Positions 37,150 to 46,252 of a DNA stretch of 64,000 nt are shown piece after piece; the stretch's first letter is position 1, and every line of letters starts with the position of its first letter. The translations under genes were made by a program, and so were the position numbers. Location: positions 10,930 to 74,929 of the forward strand of contig JANXQL010000028.1 of the NCBI GenBank assembly GCA_025356815.1, written 5' to 3'. The notes below the pieces were generated by a model, which saw nothing but the letters and a program-made list of their open reading frames with translations, did not search any database and was not told the origin of the DNA. Source of the DNA: Pseudomonadota bacterium (GTDB lineage: Bacteria; Pseudomonadota; Gammaproteobacteria; Steroidobacterales; Steroidobacteraceae).

Positions 37150-38385
37150 TCAGCGGCGCCGCCGCACGTCGCTGAAGCCGTCTTCCTTCGCCGGCCGCTC
37201 CAGCGCGCTGGCGCGGGTGACCGCCGCCGCGCCGAACCGGTCGCGGATCTGGTCCAGGGTCGGATCCAGCCGTGCGCTGGCCCGCGGCGGCGGGCGGATG
37301 GGCAGGGCGTCCCCCGGTTGCGCCTGCGGGGGCGCGAACAGGTCCAGCTGGACGGCCGGCGACAGGGTGCTGACGCCCACCCCCAGCAGTCGCACAGCGG
37401 CCCGCGGCTGCTCGCCGAGCCAGCCATCGAGCAGCTCGCGGGCGATCTGAAGCACCGTGCCGGTGTCCTGGGTCGGCGGCCTGAAGCTGCGGCTGCGGGT
37501 GTAGGTCGTGAAGTCCCGGCGCCGTACCTTGATCGTGACGGTGGCCGCGAGCAGCGCCTTGGCGCGCAGCCGCACGCCGACCTTGTCGGTGAGCCGCGCA
37601 AGCTCGCTGCGCAGCGTATCGCGCTGGCGCAGGTCGGTCTCGAACGTCTCCTCGGCGCTGATCTGCTTCTCCTGCCAGTCGGCAACGACCGGGCGCTCGT
37701 CGATGCCGGAGGCGCGCTCGCGGATGCGCTTCGTGTACCGGCCGAACAGCGGCCAGAGCACGGTCTCCGGGGCCTGACGCAGCTGGCCGAAGGTATGCAG
37801 CGCGCATTCCTCGAGTCTGGCTGCGGTCTTCGCACCGATGCCCGACAGGCGCTGGATTGGCAGCGGATCGAGGATCCGCTGCACCTCGTCCGGCGCGATC
37901 GTGCACAGACCGTCGGGCTTCTCGAGGTCGGAGGCGATCTTCGCGAGCAGCTTGTTATGCGACACGCCGACGGATGCCGCAAGCCCGGTGCGCTCGCGCA
38001 CTCGTGCCTTGATGGACGCGGCGATCACCGCCGGCGCGCCGAACAGCCCGATGCTGCCGGTGACGTCGAGAAAGGCCTCGTCCAGCGACAGGCCCTCGAC
38101 CAGCGGCGTCACCTCGTGGAACAGCGCGAATACCTGTTCGGACACCTCGCGATAGCGGGACATCCGGGGCGTCACGACGATCGCCTGCGGGCAGCGTTCC
38201 AGCGCTATCCGTGTCGGCATCGCCGAGTGCACGCCGAAGGCGCGCACCTCGTAGCTGGCGGCGGCGACCACGCCGCGGCCCGAGCCGCCGCCGACGATGA
38301 CCGGCAGGCCGCGCAGCTCGGGGCGATCGTGCTGCTCGACCGATGCGTAGAACGCATCCATGTCGACGTGCAGGATCGCGCGCAC
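37150..38385 (-). CDS. dinB: DNA polymerase IV (Y-family)
   Basis: GTG start. RAILHVDMDAFYASVEQHDRPELRGLPVIVGG. Confidence 0.9.
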   Translation of the reverse strand: MRAILHVDMDAFYASVEQHDRPELRGLPVIVGGGSGRGVVAAASYEVRAFGVHSAMPTRIALERCPQAIVVTPRMSRYREVSEQVFALFHEVTPLVEGLSLDEAFLDVTGSIGLFGAPAVIAASIKARVRERTGLAASVGVSHNKLLAKIASDLEKPDGLCTIAPDEVQRILDPLPIQRLSGIGAKTAARLEECALHTFGQLRQAPETVLWPLFGRYTKRIRERASGIDERPVVADWQEKQISAEETFETDLRQRDTLRSELARLTDKVGVRLRAKALLAATVTIKVRRRDFTTYTRSRSFRPPTQDTGTVLQIARELLDGWLGEQPRAAVRLLGVGVSTLSPAVQLDLFAPPQAQPGDALPIRPPPRASARLDPTLDQIRDRFGAAAVTRASALERPAKEDGFSDVRRRR

Positions 38386-38391
38386 CGCGGC

Positions 38392-39270
38392 CTAGGTCGT
38401 CAGCACGCTGACGATCAGCGTGAGCAGCAGGGTGATCATCAGGAAGGTGACGTAGGCGAGCGACACGAAGACGATCTTCAGCAGCGTCAGCAGGCGGCCC
38501 TGGCCGTACACGACGCGCACGGAGCGGTAGACGTACCAGGGGGCGTAGAGCGCGACGACGGCGACGCTCGCGGTCTCGAGTCTGGCCATCGCCGGCACGG
38601 CACCGGCGAGCAGCGACAGCAGCATCGGCAGGGTCATGGCGAGGAAGAGCGCGGCATGGTTGTGCAGGAAGAACACCAGGTGCTCGACGTAGAAGCGTCG
38701 CGGGAACCAGTACAGCAGCAGCATCACCGCCGCCATCAGCGGCAGGAACACGAACATCATCCGTGGCAGGTTGGCGCGCGCCGCGTGCAGCACCTCCTTG
38801 CCGCCGCTCTCCACGTTGCGCTCGCAGCTGGCGCGCAACGCCTGCTGCAGCCACGGCCAGCTCGACATGAGCTTGCTGCAGTCCTTGGGCGTGATGCCCA
38901 TCTGGCGCAGGTCCAGGTCGACCGCGTGCGCGGGCGTCGAAGGGCCGCCCGGGCGCAGCGTACTCGACTGCACGTGCGCGGTCAGCGAGGCGAGCGCGAA
39001 CACCAGCAGGCTCAGGACGAGGTACAGCCGGACCGGTGGCACATAGCGGGCCCGCCGCTCGGCGAAGTACTCCCGGGTCAGCTGCCCGGGCCGCAGCAGC
39101 AGCAGGTGCATGGTCGACCAGAACCGGCCATCGAGGTGGGTGACGACATGCCAGCCGTCGTGCAGCAGCGCGCCGAGCGAACGGGCACTGTCGTGTGCGT
39201 GCTGGCCGCACTGCGCGCAGTACCGGCCGAACAGCGGGGAGTCACAGTTGCCGCAGGTGGGGGCGTTCAA
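38392..39270 (-). CDS. DUF3667-like zinc-ribbon membrane protein; start uncertain
   Basis: CGNCDSPLFGRYCAQCGQ zinc ribbon followed by several TM segments. The track start at 39432 would abut the divergent CDF start, so an in-frame TTG at 39270 just before the zinc ribbon was chosen. Confidence 0.55.
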   Translation of the reverse strand: MNAPTCGNCDSPLFGRYCAQCGQHAHDSARSLGALLHDGWHVVTHLDGRFWSTMHLLLLRPGQLTREYFAERRARYVPPVRLYLVLSLLVFALASLTAHVQSSTLRPGGPSTPAHAVDLDLRQMGITPKDCSKLMSSWPWLQQALRASCERNVESGGKEVLHAARANLPRMMFVFLPLMAAVMLLLYWFPRRFYVEHLVFFLHNHAALFLAMTLPMLLSLLAGAVPAMARLETASVAVVALYAPWYVYRSVRVVYGQGRLLTLLKIVFVSLAYVTFLMITLLLTLIVSVLTT

Positions 39271-39430
39271 GGGGGTGCCAGTAGGGCCGTGCAGGCGTCT
39301 AAGGTGCCAGAATGGCAGCGGCGCGGCGAGTCCGGCGCGCGCTGCCAAAATCCTCGTCGCGTCGGCCGCGCAACGAGGCAGAATCAGCACCCGTCCAGCC
39401 TGGAGTCCGTCCTTGAGCCCCACCAAGCGC

Positions 39431-40297
39431 ATGGCGATGCTGTCGATCGCGACCTCGATCGCGACCCTCGGCCTAAAGTTCGCCGCCTATGCGATGACGG
39501 ACTCGATGGGTCTGCTGTCGGACGCCCTCGAGGCGCTGGTCAACCTCGCCGCCGGCCTCATCGCGCTGGGCGTGCTGACGGTGGCCGAGCGGCCCGCCGA
39601 CGAGGACCACGCTTACGGGCACGAGAAGGCGGAATACTTCTCCAGCGGCGTCGAGGGGGTGCTGATCCTGGTGGCCGCCGTCGGCATCGTCTACGCCGCC
39701 GTCGGTCGGCTCATCCACCCGGCGGAACTGTCGCACCTGGGTCCGGGCCTGGTCGTGGCGGCGCTCGCGGGCGCCATGAACTTCGTCACTGCACGATTGA
39801 TGCTGCGCGTCGCCAGGCAGCACGACAGCATCACGGTGGAGGCCGACGCACACCACCTGATGACCGACGTGGCGACCTCGATCGGCGTGATCGCGGGCCT
39901 GCTGGTCGTGATGGCGCTGCCGAGCGCCCGCATCCTCGACCCGCTGATCGCGATCGCGGTCGCCGTGAACATCGTCTGGACCGGCGTGTCGCTGCTGCGC
40001 CGCTCAGTGGACGGCCTGATGGACCGCTCACTGCCGCCGGCGGAGCTCGCGATCGTCGATGCGACGCTGCGCGCCTCGCTGCGTGCCGGCGATCGCATCG
40101 CCGAGCTGCGCACGCGCAAGGCGGGCTCGCGACGCTTCATCGAGTTCAAGCTGTACCTGCCCGACGCGGCGACGGTCGCGGCGGCGCACGACGACTGCGA
40201 CAAGCTCGAGGCTGCCCTCGGTCAGGCGCTGGCGAAGACCATCGTCACCATCCACGTCGAGCCGATCAGCTGCGCCCCGCGCGATAGCCGGGACTGA
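39431..40297 (+). CDS. Cation diffusion facilitator (CDF) family transporter
   Basis: MAMLSIATSIATLGLKFAAYAMTDSMGLLSDALEALVN...DEDHAYGHEKAEYFSSGVEG...HHLMTDV. Confidence 0.85.
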   Translation: MAMLSIATSIATLGLKFAAYAMTDSMGLLSDALEALVNLAAGLIALGVLTVAERPADEDHAYGHEKAEYFSSGVEGVLILVAAVGIVYAAVGRLIHPAELSHLGPGLVVAALAGAMNFVTARLMLRVARQHDSITVEADAHHLMTDVATSIGVIAGLLVVMALPSARILDPLIAIAVAVNIVWTGVSLLRRSVDGLMDRSLPPAELAIVDATLRASLRAGDRIAELRTRKAGSRRFIEFKLYLPDAATVAAAHDDCDKLEAALGQALAKTIVTIHVEPISCAPRDSRD

Positions 40298-40301
40298 GTT
40301 C

Positions 40302-42278
40302 GTGACCGTCTCGCAGGTCCGCGCCGAGATCCTCGGACAGCCACTGCGGCTGGTGCTCGACGGGCGCGATGACGACCTGCTGACCGCAGGGCTCGGCCTT
40401 GCCGGCCTGCGCGGCGATCCGCCGGGCTTCGCGGATCCGCTTGCGCCGACGCGCCGCGAGCTGCGCCGACGCGCGGTCCACGCGGCCTACCGGGGCCTGG
40501 TCGATGTCAGCGATCCGGGCGGCTTCGGCCGCCTGTACGGCCCGATCGGCGACCGGCGGGTCGCGGGCGTCGAGTACCTGGTCGCCGTGCGCACGCCGGA
40601 CGGTGCGGGCTGCACGACGGTGCTGCTGCAGATCCCGGCCGAGTTCGATCCCGCCGCGCCGCGCCTGGTCGCGGTCGCCTCGTCCGGCTCGCGCGGCGTC
40701 TACGGCGCGCTGCCGACCGCCGCCGAATGGGCGCTGCAGCGCGGCTACGCGGTCGTGCACACCGACAAGGGCACCGGCATCGGCGTGTGGGACCTCGATC
40801 GCGCTCGCGGCTACCGCATCGACGGCACGCTGAGCGCCGATCCCGACGACCCCGCGATCGGCTACGCGCCGCGGCTGGACGCCGAGCTTTCGGTGTACAC
40901 GGCGCGCGAGCCGCACACGCTGCTGTTCAAGCACGCGCAGTCGGGCCTGAACCCGGAGGCCGACTGGGGCAGCTACCTGCTGCAGGCGATCGACGCGGCG
41001 TTCCAGCTGTTGAACCTCGAGTACGCTGCCCGCGAGCGCCGCGCGCTGTCGCCGGCGCAGTCGGTCGTGCTCGCGGTCGGCATCTCCAACGGCGGCGCCA
41101 CCGTGCTGCGCGCCCTGGAGCGCGACCGCGCCGGCTGGATCAGCGGCGCGCTCGCAGTCGAACCGAGCGCAATGGTCTCTGGCCGCACGCTTGGGCTGCA
41201 GATCCACTACGGCGCGTCGCGCCTTGCCGATGCCGGCATCGCGCTGTACGACTACACCAGCCTGCACTACCTGTATCAGGGCGCTGCCGTGCTCGCCGAC
41301 CTCGACGCGACGGCGCCGCTGCATGGCGCGACGCAGGCCGCGCGTCCGTGGCTCGAACGCTGGTGCCGGGCGCTGCAGGATGCGGGGCTCCTGGTCGGCG
41401 GGCCGATCGCCGCCGCCGCTGTCGACGCGCGCGAGCGGCTGCTCGCCGCCGGCATCCTCGCCGACGCGCTGCCGATGGGGCATTTCAACCTGGTCGCGAG
41501 CCTGTGGCCGGCGCTGACGGCCTCCTACGCGTGGGCCTACGCGCGCCGGCTCCCGTGGCAGGCCTACGCCGGCATCCGCTTCGCCGCGACCGACGCCGCC
41601 GGCCTGCCGCGTGCGCTTGGCGACGCCGAAGCCGCGCGACTGTGGGCGGACGGAACGGGCATTGCGCCGACCGCGGGGGTCTCGCTGGTCGCCCGCGACG
41701 ACAGCGGCGTGGCGCGGGCGATGAACGGCGGCAGCGTGGAGCTTGCGCTCGCGTTCGCTCCCGACCGGCTGCTGGACACCGCCTCCGTACCGCGCAGCGG
41801 CCTGCCGGCGGACCGCGACGAGATGCTTGCGGCGGTGCGCCGCGGCCAGGAAGAAGTCGTGATGAATGCCCGACCCGGCCACCGACCGGTCATCCTGCTG
41901 CACGGTCGCTGCGACGGGCTGATCCCGGTCAATCACTCCTCGCGCGCCTATTACGCGGTCAACCAGCGCGAGCGTGGCGCCCGCGACGAGCTGCGCTACT
42001 ACGAGCTCGCGCACGGCCAGCACTTCGACGGCTACCTGGGCCTGCCTGGCTTCGCCGAGCGCTACGTGCCGATGCAGGCATGGACCACCCGCTGCCTCGC
42101 ACTCCTGGAGGCGCGGGTGCAGCGCGGCGAGGCGCTGCCGCCGAGCCAGGTGATCCGCTCGCGGCCGCGCGGTGCCGGCGCGCCGCCGTTGGCCGCGGAG
42201 CACCTGGGCACGCTCGAGAGGGCGCCCGGCACCGACCTGATCCAGGGCACCGACAGCGCACTGACGGTCCCCGACTAG
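40302..42278 (+). CDS. D-(-)-3-hydroxybutyrate oligomer hydrolase family protein
   Basis: GTG 4 nt after the CDF stop. ...DGRDDDLLTAGLGLAGLRG...VVHTDKGTG.... Family assignment is from memory of the 3HB-oligomer hydrolase N-terminal pattern. No signal peptide. Confidence 0.6.
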   Translation: MTVSQVRAEILGQPLRLVLDGRDDDLLTAGLGLAGLRGDPPGFADPLAPTRRELRRRAVHAAYRGLVDVSDPGGFGRLYGPIGDRRVAGVEYLVAVRTPDGAGCTTVLLQIPAEFDPAAPRLVAVASSGSRGVYGALPTAAEWALQRGYAVVHTDKGTGIGVWDLDRARGYRIDGTLSADPDDPAIGYAPRLDAELSVYTAREPHTLLFKHAQSGLNPEADWGSYLLQAIDAAFQLLNLEYAARERRALSPAQSVVLAVGISNGGATVLRALERDRAGWISGALAVEPSAMVSGRTLGLQIHYGASRLADAGIALYDYTSLHYLYQGAAVLADLDATAPLHGATQAARPWLERWCRALQDAGLLVGGPIAAAAVDARERLLAAGILADALPMGHFNLVASLWPALTASYAWAYARRLPWQAYAGIRFAATDAAGLPRALGDAEAARLWADGTGIAPTAGVSLVARDDSGVARAMNGGSVELALAFAPDRLLDTASVPRSGLPADRDEMLAAVRRGQEEVVMNARPGHRPVILLHGRCDGLIPVNHSSRAYYAVNQRERGARDELRYYELAHGQHFDGYLGLPGFAERYVPMQAWTTRCLALLEARVQRGEALPPSQVIRSRPRGAGAPPLAAEHLGTLERAPGTDLIQGTDSALTVPD

Positions 42279-43690
42279 AATGCGGCGACGGGCGGCGCGT
42301 GCTCGTGCCAGTCGCTGTCGCGCTGGTAGGCGGCCGCGACGCGCAGCAGCAACGCCTCGGCGAAGGGCCGGCCGACCAGCTGCAGGCCGACCGGCAGACC
42401 GTTCGCATCCGGACCCACCGGCACGGACAGCGCCGGCACGCCCAGGTAGTTGAACGGCGCGACGCAGCGCACCAGCGCCGCGATCACCGCCCACATCGCC
42501 TCGCCGCCGCCGACGTCGGTCGCGGCCAGCGTGGGCACCCGCAGCGCAAGCGTCGGCGTCGCCAGCACGTCGCAGCGCGCGTAGACCGAGTCGACGAACC
42601 CGGCCAAGAGCCGCGGACGCAGCTGCAAGGCCTCCAGGTACAGCGGCGCCGGGATCGCAACGCCGCTCGCGAGGCGCGCGTGCACCTGCGGCGAGTAGTC
42701 GCCGGGTCGGCTGCGCAGCCAGTGCGCGTGTGCCGCGGCCGCCTCCGGGTAGACGATCGCGCGACTGAGCTCGCCCAGCGACTTAGGATCGGGCACCTCG
42801 ACCGGCACCAGCACGGCGCCTGCGGCCGCGAGGGTGGCGAGCGCGGCATCGAGTCGCCTCTGCACGTCGGCATCGACGCCGTCGAAGTAGAAATTGCCGG
42901 GGATACCGATGCGCAGCCCGACGACACCTGTGTCCAGCGCCGCCTCGTAGTCGGGCACCGGCCGGCGGCTGGCGGTAGGGTCGGCCGGGTCCTGGCCTGC
43001 GATGACGCCGAGCAGGCGCGCGAGGTCCGCCGCGGTGCGCGCCAGCGGGCCGATGTGGTCGCACGACCACGACAGCGGCATGGCGCCCGCACGCGACACT
43101 CGGCCGTAGGTGGGCTTCAGGCCAAGCACGCCGTTCACCGCCGCGGGCCCGCGGATCGAGCCGCCGGTATCGGAGCCGAGCGTGCCGTAGGCGAGCCGCG
43201 CCGCGACGGCGGCGCCGGCGCCGCTGGAGGAGCCGCCTGCGATGTAGTCGGGGTTCCAGGGATTGCGGCAGGCGCCGTGATGGACGTTGTGGCCGGTCGG
43301 CCCGAGCGCGAACTCGGTCATGTTCAGTGCGCCGAGGTTCACCGCGCCTGCCGCCGCCAGCCGTGCCGACACGGTCGCGACGCGCATGCCATGGAAGCCG
43401 GCGCGGACCTGGGAGCCGGAGCCTGTCTCGCGTGCCGGGTCGTAGAACATGTCCTTGAGCGCGATCGGCACGCCGTGCAGCGGCCCGAGGCGGCGGCCGG
43501 CGGCGCGAGCGGCGTCCGCCGCGGCGGCCGCGGCGAGTGCGGCCTCCTCCTCGACGCGCAGGAAGCAGTTGAGCGTGCCGTTCAGGCGCGCCACCCGCTC
43601 GAGGCAGTCGCGCGTCAGCTCGATGCTCGAAACGCGCCCCGCGGCGAGCGCCGCGGCGGCGCTAACAAGCGTGTCCGGCGCGTCGTTCAT
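42275..43690 (-). CDS. Amidase-signature enzyme (GatA/AtzE-like)
   Basis: 471 aa from the internal ATG: MNDAPDTLVSAAAALAAGRVSSIELT.... GGSSSGAGAAVAA and DTGGSIRGPAA signature. Confidence 0.85.
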   Translation of the reverse strand: MNDAPDTLVSAAAALAAGRVSSIELTRDCLERVARLNGTLNCFLRVEEEAALAAAAAADAARAAGRRLGPLHGVPIALKDMFYDPARETGSGSQVRAGFHGMRVATVSARLAAAGAVNLGALNMTEFALGPTGHNVHHGACRNPWNPDYIAGGSSSGAGAAVAARLAYGTLGSDTGGSIRGPAAVNGVLGLKPTYGRVSRAGAMPLSWSCDHIGPLARTAADLARLLGVIAGQDPADPTASRRPVPDYEAALDTGVVGLRIGIPGNFYFDGVDADVQRRLDAALATLAAAGAVLVPVEVPDPKSLGELSRAIVYPEAAAAHAHWLRSRPGDYSPQVHARLASGVAIPAPLYLEALQLRPRLLAGFVDSVYARCDVLATPTLALRVPTLAATDVGGGEAMWAVIAALVRCVAPFNYLGVPALSVPVGPDANGLPVGLQLVGRPFAEALLLRVAAAYQRDSDWHEHAPPVAAF

Positions 43691-43911
43691 GCCGGCGGCT
43701 CTGCGAGTCGCTCGAGCTCGGCGAGGAACGAGGCGGGCTCGACGTCGAACAGCGACCCCGCGGCGCTCGCGCGCACGGCTGCGGCGGCGCGCGCAGCGCC
43801 TTCGGCGATCCGCGCCAGTGTCGGAGCATCCAGCGGCGGCAGGCCCGCGAGCCCGGCGAGTGCCGCGACGGTGGCGGTCGAAAGTGGCTGCAAGGGGTCG
43901 CGATCCTGCAC
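43687..43911 (-). CDS. Small GatC/AtzG-like amidase partner protein (74 aa)
   Basis: GTG start with a GAGG Shine-Dalgarno 9 nt upstream. ATGA overlap with the amidase start. ...LPPLDAPTLARIAEGAARAAAAV...LFDVEPASFLAELERL. Confidence 0.5.
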   Translation of the reverse strand: MQDRDPLQPLSTATVAALAGLAGLPPLDAPTLARIAEGAARAAAAVRASAAGSLFDVEPASFLAELERLAEPPA

Positions 43912-44022
43912 GAGCGTCGCCTCGGGACGAAGGCCCCGGCGCCAGCATTGCAGTCTGTGTTCGAACGGTCAAAATGTCTGTGCCCCGCCGGGGCCCCGGT
44001 GGAGCCTCAGCAGGAGTCGACG

Positions 44023-44736
44023 ATGCGCATCCATGTGTCCGAAACCGCTGAAATGGCGGCGGCGCACGCGGCCGAGTGGCTGCGTGCCGAGATCAGTCGC
44101 GCCAGCGCGCAGCGCGGCCGCTGCGCCATCGCCCTGTCGGGCGGACGCACGCCATGGCGGATGCTGCATGACCTGAAGCGGCTGCACGTGCACTGGCACG
44201 ACGTGCAGCTGTTCCAGGTCGACGAACGGCTGGTGCCCGCGTCCGACGAGCGCCGCAATGCCCGCCAGATCGCCGACCTGATGATCGCGCCGGACGCGCT
44301 GCAGCTGAACCAGTTCCACCCGATGCCGGTCGAGCGCCAGCCGATCGCGGCGGGCGTGGCCGACTACACCGCGCTGCTTGCCAGCCTCGCCGGCTCCCCG
44401 CCGGTGCTCGACGTCGTGCAGCTGGGCCTCGGCGCGGACGGGCATACCGCGTCGCTTGTGCCGGGCGATGCGCTGCTGGACGTGCACGACCAGGACGTCG
44501 GCGTGTCGGCACCGTACCAGGGCGTGCCACGCATGACGCTCACCTACCGCGCGCTCAATGCCGCCCGCCACCGTCTATGGCTGGTGACCGGCGCCGACAA
44601 GGTCGATGCGCTGCGCGCGTTGTGGAACGGGGATGCCGCAGTGCCCGCGGGGCGCGTCGCACGCGAATCCTCGATCGTGTTCGCAGATGCCGCCGCGGCG
44701 GCCGACCTGCCGGCGGAGCTGCGCGCGCCGCACTAG
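44023..44736 (+). CDS. pgl: 6-phosphogluconolactonase
   Basis: AGGAG Shine-Dalgarno. MRIHVSETAEMAAAHAAEWL...IALSGGRTP...LFQVDERLVP...LGLGADGHTASL. Confidence 0.85.
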   Translation: MRIHVSETAEMAAAHAAEWLRAEISRASAQRGRCAIALSGGRTPWRMLHDLKRLHVHWHDVQLFQVDERLVPASDERRNARQIADLMIAPDALQLNQFHPMPVERQPIAAGVADYTALLASLAGSPPVLDVVQLGLGADGHTASLVPGDALLDVHDQDVGVSAPYQGVPRMTLTYRALNAARHRLWLVTGADKVDALRALWNGDAAVPAGRVARESSIVFADAAAAADLPAELRAPH

Positions 44737-44767
44737 CGACGGCGCGCCCGCGCGACAAGTTCGGGCT

Positions 44768-45664
44768 TCACGCGCGCGTGGTGAGCACGCCTGCGATCGC
44801 GTCACAGACCGAGGCGATCGCGGCCCCGCGTGTGCTGCTCTTGCGCCAGACGCCACCGAGCGTGCGATGTGGCACCGGCTTTGCGAACGGCCGCACGACC
44901 AGGTTGCGGGCGTTGGCGAACGGGCCGCGGGTCGCAAGCTCGGGCAGCAGCGTGATGCCGTAGCCTGCGGCGACCATCTGGCGCAGCGTCTCGAGGCTCG
45001 TCGCGCGGAAGTCCTGCGTTTCGTGCACCGGGATGCGGCTGCAGACCTCGAGCGCCTGATCGCGCAGGCAGTGGCCGTCCTCGAGCAGCAGCAGCGTCTC
45101 CTCGGCGAGATCGTCGGCCCGTACGCTGGCCTTCTTCGCCAGCGCGTGGCTGCCCGGCATCGCGACGGTGAACGCCTCGTCGGCGAGTGCCCGCGTCTCA
45201 AGTCCTTCGGTGTCGACCCCCAGTGCCAGCACACCGAGGTCGATGTCGCCCGCGCGCAGGTGCTCGAGCAGCGGCCCGGTCTGGTATTCGTACAGCATCA
45301 GCTGCAGCTTCGGTAGGCGCTTGCGCAACAGCGGCATGACCAGCGGCAGCAGGTACGGCCCCAGCGTCGGGATGAACGCCACCTTGAGGATGCCGGCGAG
45401 CGGGTCACGCGAGCCGCGGGCCATCGCGACGATGTCGTCGCTGTCCTGCAGCACGCGCCGGGCGCGCGCCACGACCCGCTCGCCGACCTCGGTGAGCGCG
45501 ACGTTGCGCGGCTGGCGCTCGACGAGCGTGACGCCGAGGAAGTCCTCGAGTTTCTTGAGCTGTGCCGACAACGTCGGCTGGGTCACGTTGCAGCGCTCGG
45601 CCGCACGCCCGAAGTGGCGGGTGTCGGCGAGGGTGACCAGATAACGCAGGTCGCGAAGGTTCAC
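44768..45664 (-). CDS. oxyR: LysR-family peroxide-sensing regulator OxyR
   Basis: GTG start. NLRDLRYLVTLADTRHFGRAAERCNVTQPTLSAQLKKLE. Redox Cys pair in LEDGHCLRDQALEVC. Confidence 0.85.
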   Translation of the reverse strand: MNLRDLRYLVTLADTRHFGRAAERCNVTQPTLSAQLKKLEDFLGVTLVERQPRNVALTEVGERVVARARRVLQDSDDIVAMARGSRDPLAGILKVAFIPTLGPYLLPLVMPLLRKRLPKLQLMLYEYQTGPLLEHLRAGDIDLGVLALGVDTEGLETRALADEAFTVAMPGSHALAKKASVRADDLAEETLLLLEDGHCLRDQALEVCSRIPVHETQDFRATSLETLRQMVAAGYGITLLPELATRGPFANARNLVVRPFAKPVPHRTLGGVWRKSSTRGAAIASVCDAIAGVLTTRA

Positions 45665-45789
45665 GGCTGGCCTCCTTGGCTATGTGGAGATGCTATCAGA
45701 CGTTCCGAACTGATTGTCGTGATCTATCGGTGCACAGGTCCCTGAGCTGCATCACAGCGCGCCCGACGGCCGCCGCCTATAATTGACAG

Positions 45790-46233
45790 ATGCATAGCCG
45801 GGGAACGAAGCGGGCGGCCGGAGTGGTGGTGGTTCGGGACACCGCCGACGGGCCCCGCTTCCTGCTGCTGCGGGCCTACCGCAACTGGGACCTGCCCAAG
45901 GGTCGGCTCGAGTCCGGCGAGACGCCGCTGCAGGCCGCGATCCGCGAGGTACGCGAGGAAACCGGCCTGTACGACCTGGATTTCGCTTGGGGCGACGATT
46001 CCATCGAGACCGAGCCGTATGCCGGTGGCAAGGTCGTACGCTTCTACGTTGCCCGTTCCATCGGCGGCGCGGTATCGCTGCCGATCAACCCGACGCTCGG
46101 CCGGGCCGAGCATCATGAATTTCGCTGGGTGGCGGCTGATACGGCGCTGACGCTGACGGTACCGCGGCTGCAGCGGGTTCTGCAGTGGGCGTTCGAGCGC
46201 ATCGCGCTGCCGCCGGTCCAGACCGGCGCCTGA
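45790..46233 (+). CDS. NUDIX hydrolase
   Basis: Nudix box GRLESGETPLQAAIREVREETGL. Confidence 0.85.
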   Translation: MHSRGTKRAAGVVVVRDTADGPRFLLLRAYRNWDLPKGRLESGETPLQAAIREVREETGLYDLDFAWGDDSIETEPYAGGKVVRFYVARSIGGAVSLPINPTLGRAEHHEFRWVAADTALTLTVPRLQRVLQWAFERIALPPVQTGA

Positions 46234-46252
46234 CGCGCCCCGCGGCGACTGC

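Noticed and set aside
39295-39317. Sigma-54-type promoter (TGGCAC-N5-ACGC on the minus strand) and the palindrome TGCCAGAATGGCA upstream of the DUF3667-dinB genes
   Set aside because: The GG-N10-GC spacing is satisfied, but the -12 element lacks the TTGC core and no enhancer-binding-protein gene is nearby. This may be coincidence in GC-rich DNA.
37318-40287. 989-aa plus-strand ORF. The same applies to 21132..23393(+), 18123..20198(-) and 14001..14855(-).
   Set aside because: They are antisense or overlapping shadows of dinB/DUF3667/CDF, the molybdopterin oxidoreductase, ptrB and the lipoprotein/TetR genes respectively.
40727-44176. 1149-aa plus-strand ORF and the 742-aa minus-strand ORF at 40266..42494
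   Set aside because: They are out-of-frame or antisense overlaps of the 3HB-oligomer hydrolase and amidase genes, and neither has family motifs.
45680-45727. OxyR autoregulatory box in the oxyR-NUDIX intergenic region (three CTAT elements)
   Set aside because: The spacing of the CTAT/ATAG elements (13 and 31 nt) does not fit the ATAG-N7-CTAT-N7-ATAG-N7-CTAT consensus, so the call cannot be supported by eye.
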